A DNA stretch of 64,000 nucleotides from Rhizodiscina lignyota (lineage: Eukaryota): the NCBI GenBank assembly GCA_010015805.1, contig ML978122.1:2762453-2826452 (forward strand), read 5' to 3'. The stretch's first letter is position 1. Each line of letters starts with the position of its first letter. The notes beneath the pieces are model-generated. The model made no database searches. It had not been told where the DNA came from and saw only the letters and a list, made by a program, of their open reading frames with translations. The translations under genes and the position numbers were made by a program. Shown one piece after another: positions 38,432 to 48,480 of the stretch.

Positions 38432-39349
38432 ATGGTCAGCGCCGCAGACTTTAAGGGTCTCCTCAAGCCCGTCGTCGAAAAGCCCAAGAACCAATCCAGA
38501 AACACAGAACACATTTTGGGCCCACTTGACAGCGGACTTGCAGCTATTCTTCGCGACCAACTCTCTCTATCCTCCTGGCTTGCACTTGGCGCCATAGTCC
38601 AGGGTCTTCTCTTCCTCGTTCTGGGTCGTGTCGCTCTGATCCTCCCCATCACACTTGTCGGCTGGCGAGTACTCGATGCATTTCTCCAAGCGCAAGGACT
38701 AAAGCCGAATCCGCATATGGAGGGCGTCATCAAGAACAAATTCTCGGCACAGTTCCCATCTGAAGACGGTCAATACGGCAACAAGCCTGCCAATGGCGAA
38801 GTCTGTGTGCTCCTACTCGGCTTCAAGAGCAACCATCCAATGCAAATGCTCGCGCCGGGCTTCAAAGAAACAGGCGACCATTTCAACAACATGATGGTCG
38901 AGTTGCAAGCACACAAAGAGGAGAACGGCCTGCTGGGCACTACGAGCTGGATCGGTCTTGGGGAGCGGACGACAGCAAACGAAGTCATGACCACTTTCTA
39001 CTTCCGCTCCCTCGAGGACGTCCACAACTTTGCGAATGGAAAGGTCCATCGCGATGGCTGGAACTGGTGGAACAAGAATGTCCACAAGCACCCACATCTT
39101 ACCATCTGGCACGAAGTCTTCCGAGCCACTAGCGGCAACTGGGAGTCCATCTACGTCAACTCACCTCCAACCAGCCTTAGCGCGACAGCATTCAAGGGTA
39201 TTTCTGAAGAGACCGGCGAAGAAGTTTGGCATAGTCCCATTGTTGATGCCAGGAAAGGTCTGCTGAAGACCAGCGCCGGAAGAATGTCGCGTTCTCAAGG
39301 TGATGAACACGACAAGTACAACGATGATCCGTACGGTAACTACGCTTAG
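38432..39349 (+). CDS. DUF4188 / Af470(FmaE)-like dimeric alpha-beta-barrel monooxygenase with a hydrophobic N-terminus
   Basis: Intronless 305 aa. Motifs VLLLGFKSNHP, YFRSLEDVHNFA..HRDGWNWW and IWHEVF....WESIYVN recognised from the family. Confidence 0.75.
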   Translation: MVSAADFKGLLKPVVEKPKNQSRNTEHILGPLDSGLAAILRDQLSLSSWLALGAIVQGLLFLVLGRVALILPITLVGWRVLDAFLQAQGLKPNPHMEGVIKNKFSAQFPSEDGQYGNKPANGEVCVLLLGFKSNHPMQMLAPGFKETGDHFNNMMVELQAHKEENGLLGTTSWIGLGERTTANEVMTTFYFRSLEDVHNFANGKVHRDGWNWWNKNVHKHPHLTIWHEVFRATSGNWESIYVNSPPTSLSATAFKGISEETGEEVWHSPIVDARKGLLKTSAGRMSRSQGDEHDKYNDDPYGNYA

Positions 39350-39764
39350 TGGTTGGGAGAACTTGGGATGGAAATGGTGTTCAGCGGGCTTTGCTTGTGC
39401 TATAGTTGTCTGTACCAGTTGATCCCCTTTGTCCTCATACCCGTAATGAAAACATTGCACGTTCACGTCATCGTCTTTCCACCCCAGTGCACAGGTATCA
39501 TCCGAGAAACGATACCCAAAGACTCCATTCCATGAAAGTGATTATCCCTGAGCGACCGCTCTATCTGGACCCACAAGCTCTTCAATCGTCGTGATCAATC
39601 GTCGTGATTTGCGTTCGGCAGTATATCTTCGGAACAGATTTGTCGCAGAAGTCGTAAATGCTTAATAGTAGAGGTAATTGCAGTCCATGTAGTTCATATC
39701 CGATAATCCATTCACTTACACCAGACTCCCAGACAAAACCGATGAAGAGCAGTGCGCACGATGC

Positions 39765-40565
39765 CTAGATAGTACGGCTCCATATGCCTGGAATGTTTTT
39801 CGTCTCCCAGGGGCCCTGCATTTCGTTAGTTCTCCATTTGCGGCGTGATGATGAGAAATACGGACGTAAATCGGAGTGCCGAGACGGTTAAGCACAAAGA
39901 CGATCTGATGCAGTGCGTCAGCAATAGAGAGATTCTTGCTGTGCCTGGTGAACTCACGTCGGTCACGGTAACTGTCTTGCGGCCCTGGTGGCCGACAATA
40001 ATGCAAGCTTGAGACAGAATCTAAAAAGATCTGTTAGCAGAATGTTACACGTAGCATAAATGCAACCGACCTGTTCGAGGCGCTTCTTGACCACACAACG
40101 AACTTCGTCATAGATAGTAGCGGAAATGCGCTTGATTCCGCCGCGGCGAGCTAGGCGACTATTTGGAGTAAGACATAGGCAGTCAACCCTTGGTGCAATC
40201 GCAAATATCGCTTAAACAAGCTAATGATAAGGCTGGACTCGGAGGAAGTTATGTTTCACTTCGCGCGTACCGAATATCGTTCTTCTGCGTATCATATTGG
40301 TACGGTTATCACCCTTTTTCGGTAAGAATAGAACGTACTGTGATGCCGCGAATGTTGTCACGCAAGATTTTCCTTTTCGTAATGTTCGTCAGCCCGTGCC
40401 CTGAAGCAAAAACACTATGCATGTAAGGCTGGTGTTGATGTTTCGGCCTCACCTGTGTCTTTTGAGGGTCTTGCCGCCCTTGCCTTTTCCTGCACCTAGC
40501 CCTAAACTGGACTTTCCACCACCCATTGGCAGCCCAGAGCGTGCTGTTGTGGATGGCTTCACCAT
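39765..40565 (-). CDS. Divergent histone H4 variant (H4E/hH4v-type), 133 aa, 7 exons
   Basis: Exons 40565-40453, 40372-40339, 40284-40271, 40158-40071, 40020-39958, 39904-39866 and 39815-39765 total 402 nt in frame, with six GT-AG introns. They encode [32 protein letters not shown]...[23 protein letters not shown]. Confidence 0.9.
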
Positions 40566-40752
40566 TGTCGCGAAATGGTGAATTGGAGTGGAGTGGAAGG
40601 TGGTTTGGGATTGGATTTGAGGTTTGTTTAGAAGAGTAATACCTCACGCTCGGAACGCGCTAAACCGTATTCTGCGATGGTGCCTAGGCTACAGCACCAA
40701 TCCTAGTCACGCCAAGATCCCGTAGACCCGCTATCTGCTCTAAGTCATCATT

Positions 40753-40770
40753 TCAGGGTTAGGGTTAGGG
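40753..40770 (+). repeat. Short interstitial telomere-like tract / telobox (TCAGGG TTAGGG TTAGGG)
   Basis: Read directly; ~190 nt upstream of the H4-variant ATG. Confidence 0.6.
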
Positions 40771-41283
40771 TAGTCCGCTGATGACCATCAGACTGATGCG
40801 ACCTGGAAACCACCTGAGCTTAAAGTATTTGTTGTATTACGTATACATGGAGTCCTGTACATAGTCCTGCAATTGCCATGGAAATTGCCTGCGTATGACT
40901 CTTCAAGAATTCAGGACATTTCACCTACTCGAGGGTGACAAAAATTTGCCCACATCTTTCAGGACACTGAACAAACAATAGTGTGCAACCTGTGCAAGTT
41001 AACAAAGGGAAATTTTGACGGTTCACCATTATTTAGCACATTCCAAAGGACATATAACTAAGCTCCCGGAGATAGTCTCGCTTGCCTTAAAAGTGTAAGA
41101 GCTATTCGCCCTTATACGTTACAACTTGGCTGGCGGGCAAATGTTTCACATCAAGACCTATAAATAGAACGTACACCGAGTATGTCACAAAGTGATACTA
41201 ATTCGAACTATGTGCAATAGCTAAGTACAAGGTAGACGATACCGGTTATACAGTTAGCGGAGGATAGGGTCGAAAAGGGCAGA

Positions 41284-44175
41284 CTACAGCCGCGACTCGA
41301 AACCAGTCCAATGCCTCTCTCCCGGCCAGTGTGCATTTGGCCAGACGTGCCTCATAGCCTCCCAAATATGCCTGCACGAAAGTTAGCATAACTACTCCCA
41401 AAGGTTATAGAAGGAAGAACTTACTGCACATGGATGATCTCCAGTCCCTGCTTGACCTCTTCTGGTAGATCCTTCACATCCTTCCTGTTGCCCTGTGGTA
41501 ATAATACAGTCTTGACACCTGCCCTCAACGCTCCGATCAATTTCTCCTTGATTCCTCCTACAGGCGTGACCTTCCCTCTAAGACTAACCTCTCCCGTCAT
41601 CGCCATTGTCGGAGGCACCGCCTTTCCACTGAACAAGCTGATCAGCGCAATAGTGTGGGCAAGTCCTGCGCTCGGTCCATCCTTCGGTATCGCACCGCTC
41701 GGGCAGTGCACGTGGATACTCCGGTTCTTCATGATATCCTCGTTGGGGTCGTGTGTCAGACCGAGCTCAAATGCGTGTGCCTTAACCCAGGTGAGTGCGA
41801 CTTCGACAGACTCTTTCAAAACATCGCCCAGCTTGCCGGTGAGCTGGACGCGGCCGGTGCCAGGCATGTCTGCGACTTCGATGAAAAGGATGCTACCCTG
41901 GCCGCCGGTGCTGTACGCCACGAGACCGGTGACGACGCCGGGACGAGAGCTCTTTTCCGCGATTTCCTCATCGAAGCGCTCGATGCCGAGGATATCCTCG
42001 AGATCTGCTTCGTTCACAACTGGGTTGTATTTCTCGAGTTTATTGGAATCTTTAGCCTCTGCAAATTCGACCGCCTTCGAGCGGCAGACGGAGCCAATCT
42101 CACGCTCGAGATTCCTGACACCTGATTCACGGGTATATGATGTAATGATTTTGTCTAGGGCGTCCTGCGATAGCTGGACCCTGTCAGTTGCAAGTCCGTT
42201 GGTTGTTATTTGCTTTGGGATTAGATGGCGAGTTGCAATATGTCGCTTTTCGAGTGTGGTATAGCCTGAGAGTTGAATCATCTCCATACGATCAAGAAGC
42301 GGAGGCGGAATGGTGTCCAGAGAATTAGCAGTGGCGATGAAAAGGACCTTGGAAAGATCGATGGGTATATTAACATAGTGGTCCACGAAAGTGTGGTTCT
42401 GTTCCGGATCTAGGACCTCGAGCATGGCCGCCGAAGGGTCACCGTGGAAGTTGGACATTCCGAGCTTGTCGATTTCATCGAGTAGGAAGACTGGATTGGC
42501 AACGCCGACCTTCTTCAAGCCATTGACGATCAAACCTGGCATAGCGGCCACATATGTCCGACGATGACCTCTTATCTCAGCCTCATCTCTAACGCCGCCA
42601 AGGGAAATGCGATGGAACTTGCGACCGAGAGCGCTGGCGACTGATTTGGCGAGACTGGTCTTTCCAGTGCCCGGTGGTCCCACGAGAAGCATGATTGGTG
42701 ACTTATCGATCATGCGCTTTGTTTTAAGTAGCTTCAACTCCTCTTCGTTTGTTGGCTTAGTCTTCGCAGCGGTATCGCCAGCCTTTTTCTCCGTAGTGCC
42801 AGAAGTCTTGCCATGATCACCATCGGTCAACTTCTTGATCTGTGCTTCCAAGTCTGAATTGACAGCCTGCTTAAGCTTGAGCACTGCAAGATATTCTAAT
42901 AATCGCTTCTTGATCTTCTCCAGTCCATAGTGATCGTCGTCGAGCTGTTTCCTCGCTCGTGCGAGAGTGTCACTGTCGAGATAGTCTTCGGTGACCTTGG
43001 TCCACGGAATCTCGGCCAAGTTCTCCAAGTAGTTCCTGCACACTTGGTATTCTGCCTGTGCTGGATTCATCTTCTGCAGCCGCTGCAGTTCTCGCTGTGC
43101 CACCTTCTCTGCCTCTGGTGTCAACTTCGCATCTTCCAATCTCTTCTTCAGCTCCTCGAGCTCATTGCTCTCTTCCTCTCCGCCCTGGCCTGGAAAGCCT
43201 GGTGGCGCTCCTCGCATACCACCTGGCAACCCTCCACCTCTACGCAACGCCTCCTGTTGCATCCGCCTCAGGCTGTTCATATCCAAGTCATTATTTGCAG
43301 ATGTAGATGTGATTAATATCCTTCCATTGCCTTGCAACCCGGATATCTGCCTCTGCAGGACCTCGACAACGCGCTCTAAGCGATCCTTGATGGACAAAGC
43401 TGCCAAGATCCTAAGCTTCTCCTCGTGCGACGTATCGAGAACGTTGGCAAGGAAATCAGCAAGCATGCCAGCATCGGAAATATCTTTCCTCGCGATGAAT
43501 AGCTCGAGACGGCGCGCTAGGAGGGGCGAGAGGGTAATGGTAGCACCTCGTGGGAGGAGGGAGGACAGTCGAACGAGGGCGAGGAACTCGCGTGACAGCT
43601 GCTTCAATTCGGCGAAGGAATTCTGGATGTCGGAATTATTCGGATCAATGACTGCGATGAGCATTGGAGTTAGCAAGAGTCTTCCAGCCATTATGAACAC
43701 CTCCATGATGTCTGATATGCGACTTACCCTCATCCTCATACGGTAGTACAGTTGCCTCAAAGTATGGTCGTTCCTGGAGAACCTTCTCCACAACGAACCT
43801 GCTCAGACCCTCCACTATGATCGCAACTTCACCCTGTCTTCTGCCCTGCACACCTGTGACCTTTGCCATCGTTCCAAAGCTGAAGAGGTCCTCCTTCTTC
43901 GCATGTGCCGGGTCCGCCACGTGATGCTCTTCGCGCTTCTCGTTCGCATCCTCGATGAGTTTCTGGCCCTCGCCATTTAGGTATGGAGACTTGACAGGCA
44001 CACACCCAATAATTACGGAGTCCGATTTCGTTGCCGCCTTGCTGTAGATGTGGGCGAGGAGCGCAGCGATATCAGGGCGGTTCGCCAGCTTCACCCGAAC
44101 CGTCACGCCGGGCAAGACGACATCGTTCCGCGGGAGAGGGACGATTGGAATACGCTTCGATTTTGAGCTACCCAT
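41284..44175 (-). CDS. Peroxisomal Lon protease (LONP2-type)
   Basis: Lon N-domain ([10 protein letters not shown]), AAA+ GPPGTGKTS and LLDEIDK, catalytic KDGPSAG and GGIKEK. Two introns (~43727-43654, ~41423-41373). The last exon ends ...GFESRL*, a PTS1. Confidence 0.95.
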
Positions 44176-44341
44176 ATTTGCGATAGAATGCAGTGCACCA
44201 CCCCGCAAGAGGTAGCAGCACCTGTGACTGATATAGAAGAGGGAGATGGAAACGCGGAGAGGTGATTGTTCTAGAAAGCGATAGACTCTCGAGATAGGTG
44301 ACGCGAGCCTCGGCTGATGACGGCACAGCTGGGGCAGGGGT

Positions 44342-44868
44342 TATAGTGTCGAGCCGGGTATAACGCTTGTCAAAGGCAATTGAATTCCAGACGAAGTCAC
44401 GAGGAGACCTTTCCCGTCATTAGACATATAGCAATGGAAGTGTTTGAATAGCGTAAATATCTCCTTAGACTTAGTTGTATTACACAACAAACAGTTTAAA
44501 GGTAAATAAGTATAATTTATAGTCCTCAAGAGAGCCTAGGGATTGAGTGAATGACATTCATAGGGTAGCCCGACATTATAAGCAGCGAGACAGGGTAATG
44601 AGCGCTTAAGCATGGGCTATAGTGTCCAGCCAAGTAAGACACCAGGCAAGGGCAATTGAATTCCGACGAAGTCACGAGGTGGCGATTCTCGCCGTTAAAC
44701 AGATTGCTATAGAAGTGTTTGAATAGCATCAAGCCTTCCTTTGACTCAGTGAGATTATGTAATAAGCATTTCAAGGTGAATAAGGATAGTCCCTACCGTT
44801 CAAGAGACCCTAGGGGATGAGGACCTACCATTCATGGGATAACCCGACACTACAAGGAATAGGACTAG
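44342..44868. repeat. Two diverged tandem copies of a ~276-bp non-coding unit
   Basis: Colinear blocks TATAGTGTC, GGCAATTGAATTCC(A)GACGAAGTCACGAGG, GAAGTGTTTGAATAGC, TCAAGAGA..CTAGGG and CATTCAT.GG.TA.CCCGACA recur, with copies starting at 44342 and 44618. Confidence 0.9.
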
Positions 44869-44997
44869 ATGTGGAGGTCATCACGGTAAAACAGTAGTGT
44901 GAAGGCAGACTAATCGAGCACTCAACATCACTTTCATTCCATCTAAAGCTCAACCTTCCGCAGCCAGCGCGTGAGGCATGAGGCAACACAACTAGCA

Positions 44998-46141
44998 TTA
45001 TACTGCTTGTATTTTTTCGAGCAGCCTTGCCAGCTGTGCTACCTCAGCCTCCACGCGCCTCTGCATCCTCTCCAGCACCGCCTCCGCCCAACCCAGCTCA
45101 CTCCTGACCTTCTCCAGGTCTTGGGCTACGCCCTCCTTATCCACAACCGTCCTGCAGCGCCAGGCGGTTGTGGGCGAAGAGGGCATAGCCGGAGCCTCCC
45201 CTTCATCCTCTTCCTCGTCCAGCACCGGCTCGCCGGCCGACGCGCCGCTCTCACCTTGAGAGCGGACTTGCTTGGTGACCTTGGCGCCGGTCCTCCAATC
45301 TCGCTCCTTGATAAGGTTATTGCTGTCAAATACATTCAGGAATTCAGCGGGTTCTTACCTCGTACTTCTCCAGCTCCCGCTCGGCGGCATTGCGCCCAAT
45401 GCGCCGACGGTATCCCTCGCGACGGATCGCGATCCCGATGCATTCTCGGTAGAACTGCTCCAGATCTCCGAGAATCGCGGCCGTGAGTTTGGCGAGGGTC
45501 GCCTTGCCCTCTTTGCTGGGCCTGTTGGCGCCCTCCTCGACCTTCATCTCCTGCAGGATTCGGCGGAGGTCATCCGCAAAATCCGGCAGTGTGATGTCTT
45601 CGTCATCGGGAATCTCGTCCGCCCGAGAGTATGCCATGGCGGCCTCATCGTCGCTGAGCGGGCTGTCTTTATCCACGCCGGGATGCAGGACCTTCCAGAC
45701 AAGCTGGACGTCCTGTGTTGTGACAGCCACGTTCCTCTCCAGCGCCTTTGAGATCCGCTTCTTCTCCTTTCTCTCCTTCTTCGTCATGGGCGTGGGCGCG
45801 GCCACGTCTCCATCGGCTCTGTCGGCCTTCTGTGGCGTCGATGCCCTTTCGAAGGGCGTGTTTGGGTTGCTTTGCTTGGACGCGTCGACAACACCTCCCT
45901 TCAGCTCTCGAACGAGCTTTGCGATCTCGCGATGCCGGGTTTCATGTCGCTCATCGGTATCGCGACACGGTTTGCACTCGTGCGAATGTCCTCTCATGTG
46001 AAGGCCGTAGTGAAAACGCCAACAGACGACGGCATGTGAGCCCCAACACGTCTTCACGGCAGAGGGATGCTTGAGCGGCTTCGAACAAACTGGACAGTGA
46101 TGCTCCAGGCCGGAATGGCTGTGCCATTTCTGGTACGACAT
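44998..46141 (-). CDS. Hypothetical protein with a Cys/His-rich N-terminus, basic patch and C-terminal coiled coil
   Basis: ORF 46141-45360 joins through a GTAAGA..AAG intron (~45359-45308) to ERDWRTGAKV...VLDEEEDEGE...LLEKIQAV*. N-terminus CPVC..CWGSH..CWRFH..HECKPC. Confidence 0.7.
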
Positions 46142-47107
46142 TGTGTTCCGTCCGCGTGTGGTGTCAAAGGTCAGGAGGTATAGAGATCGGTTTCAATGTC
46201 GCCGGTGGTGTTCTGCGCATACTCCTGCGGGATGAGCAGCTAGAAACGGTCTTCGAGGTCTGATGTTCTTCTGGGAAGCTGTTTGATAGCAAGAGAAAGA
46301 GGGCTGGCAAAGATGAGTTCTTGCTCCAAGAAGTTCTGCAAACGGGGAAGATCGGGGCGTTGTTGACTGAAGAGCAAGGTTCGCGTTTTGTACTGGAAAT
46401 TGTTGTTGATGCGTTTAATGAGTGCCGAAATTACCCCGTAGTACATGTGTTGTTGACACGATTTGACTTTTGCCACCTGGAGGCCGTTGCCTAGTGACAC
46501 CAGAGTCGCGCCCAGGTGATAACTCTCTCACGTGGCACCATATTGTATAAAGCTGGCGTTGCTTTACCAACACAAGGACAAGAATGATGTCGGTCAGTGG
46601 ACAAGTTGTCCACTGCGCGAGCATGCAGAGACGGTGGTGTATAATATCGGAGTCGGTGCGTGGCTGTCTCGGATACCTGCCTAGGTGTTTTTCGACCTTC
46701 TCAAAGGAATGATATGAGAGCTCGAACCAATGGATACAGAATGAAATAGGCTGCGGGACTGACTATGTCGAAAACGAATAACGTGAATACTAACAATTTT
46801 CGAACTCCTTTTTAGCACGGTTCCAGAAATTGACCATCGAGAAACTTTGGAGATACGGTGTACGTCGGCTTCCGTCGGTTGCTTGCAGACGTCAAGCCCT
46901 GCTTATTCTCTCATTTGGTGTTTGAATGTTGAGCGAAGTGATCCTACCCCGTTTGACTGATACACTCGCCTTGGTAGCTTGGATATGCTCTTATAACTCA
47001 ATGCCGTCACCCTCCTCGCTTGTAGTCAATTCAAAATTTGCATATCCAGACCCAGACAGCTCTACCGATGGTATTTCCCATGCACAAGACTCTGTCGGAA
47101 ACGAAAT

Positions 47108-48211
47108 TTATCCAGCATTAGCCTCCTTTAACTGCTCGGCACTAGGATCCGATAGTGCATCATGAAACCTGCGACTAGCATGCTCGGTAACCGCACGAGC
47201 GTCGTGTCTCGCTATGTCATCTGCATCCTCCCGCACCGCTTCTTCTTCTTCTTCCACTTCATCACCCGCCATCGCCAGCTCCGCTCGTCTCGACCGACCA
47301 GTCCACAACTTTTCTAAATCAATATCCTCTCTTCTCTCTTCCGTAAACATCTGCACCGCCAACGTGACCTTGTCACTTATCTCATCAAATCCCACCAGAT
47401 CTTCCCGTTTCGGCACGCTGCTGTTCCAGTTCGGTGATGGTTGAATTCCATCCACCAGCACGCAAACCCATCCCGATCTCAACTCTTCATTGCTCTTTGT
47501 ATCCATAGCACCGACGTTCGCCATGAGTCTTGTCCGTCGTGCCTGGCGTCTCATGCGGATCTTCAGCTCCCCTCTTCCCATCAATCCATCTGCGTGCGCG
47601 CGGAGCTTGTGCGTGCTCCGCAGGTATCTGCAGAAGCGGTCTGCGGAGACGTGCAGATGCTTCTCGCTTCTCGCCGAGCCTATCACCATAATGAGATTGG
47701 AGCCCAGAGCTGGTGGGGGATCGAGATTGCGGAGGTCTAAGAGCGAGAGATCATCCAGGCCAAGGTCGACAGAAATGTGATCGAGCAATGTCTGTAAGAT
47801 AGGAGGTGGTTCAGAGGGCAGGTCGGGTAGACGTTGGCGGTCCGTCAGAGACCGTGATTGCTCATCTTTTTGGGACTCCTGCTCTTGAATGCGAAGGTAC
47901 CACGGCAGTGATGAATCGGTCATGGAGGATGGAGGATCCGGCGTTTTATTTGGGTTCCATTCCACTTTCACTTCGACCTCTTTAACTCCCGCTAGCCCAG
48001 GGTTGCTCTGATCTCTCAAGAACCCATTGTCAGAACCAAGATGCCTGGATACAGACAGAGTGCGAGACTGCGATGCTGCAATTGCGCGTCGTAAGGGAGC
48101 CGGTGGCACAGGAGTGAATTCCAGGCCAGATAGAGATGCAAGACTGCGGTATAAAGCCGTGCGGCAGTTAACACATTGTAAGGCCGAGTTGGTAGCCCTA
48201 GAGAGCGCCAT
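47108..48211 (-). CDS. ATP25: Mitochondrial ATPase synthesis protein Atp25 (RsfS-like domain)
   Basis: Presequence-like N-terminus, PWYL, DLGLDDLSLLDLRNLDPPPALGSNLIMVIGSARSEKHLHVSADRFCRYLR, ADGLMGRGELKI, GWVCV and VQMFTEERR. Confidence 0.9.
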   Translation of the reverse strand: MALSRATNSALQCVNCRTALYRSLASLSGLEFTPVPPAPLRRAIAASQSRTLSVSRHLGSDNGFLRDQSNPGLAGVKEVEVKVEWNPNKTPDPPSSMTDSSLPWYLRIQEQESQKDEQSRSLTDRQRLPDLPSEPPPILQTLLDHISVDLGLDDLSLLDLRNLDPPPALGSNLIMVIGSARSEKHLHVSADRFCRYLRSTHKLRAHADGLMGRGELKIRMRRQARRTRLMANVGAMDTKSNEELRSGWVCVLVDGIQPSPNWNSSVPKREDLVGFDEISDKVTLAVQMFTEERREDIDLEKLWTGRSRRAELAMAGDEVEEEEEAVREDADDIARHDARAVTEHASRRFHDALSDPSAEQLKEANAG

Positions 48212-48480
48212 AGCCAAATTGTAGAGTGGTGGTTCGAATTACTTCTCCATTGCGCTCCTGAGCAGAAAAGTTCGGACGGAAGACGTGAAGTCGGCAAAAA
48301 TGTCGCGCCACTTCTGCGCTCAAGCCACACATTCAGCGCCACATATCCCCGCCACGCCACTGGCGTCGATTGACAGGGGTCTTCCACAAATCTGTGAATC
48401 GCATTTTGAAGGCAAACATCTACAACATCTCCATTCTTCGACATATTCCCTCCAAACCCTTTCACTACACCGCCGCAGCC

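Noticed and set aside
40759..40770. TTAGGG tract as a chromosome end or fusion scar
   Set aside because: Only two perfect units amid ordinary genes; no subtelomeric features.
41434..43746. Antisense ORFs of 276 and 193 aa over Lon
   Set aside because: Mirror frames of a codon-biased gene.
48221..48250. GGTTCGAAT T-loop-like word between ATP25 and NMD3
   Set aside because: No flanking stems or cloverleaf; it lies just upstream of the ATP25 start.
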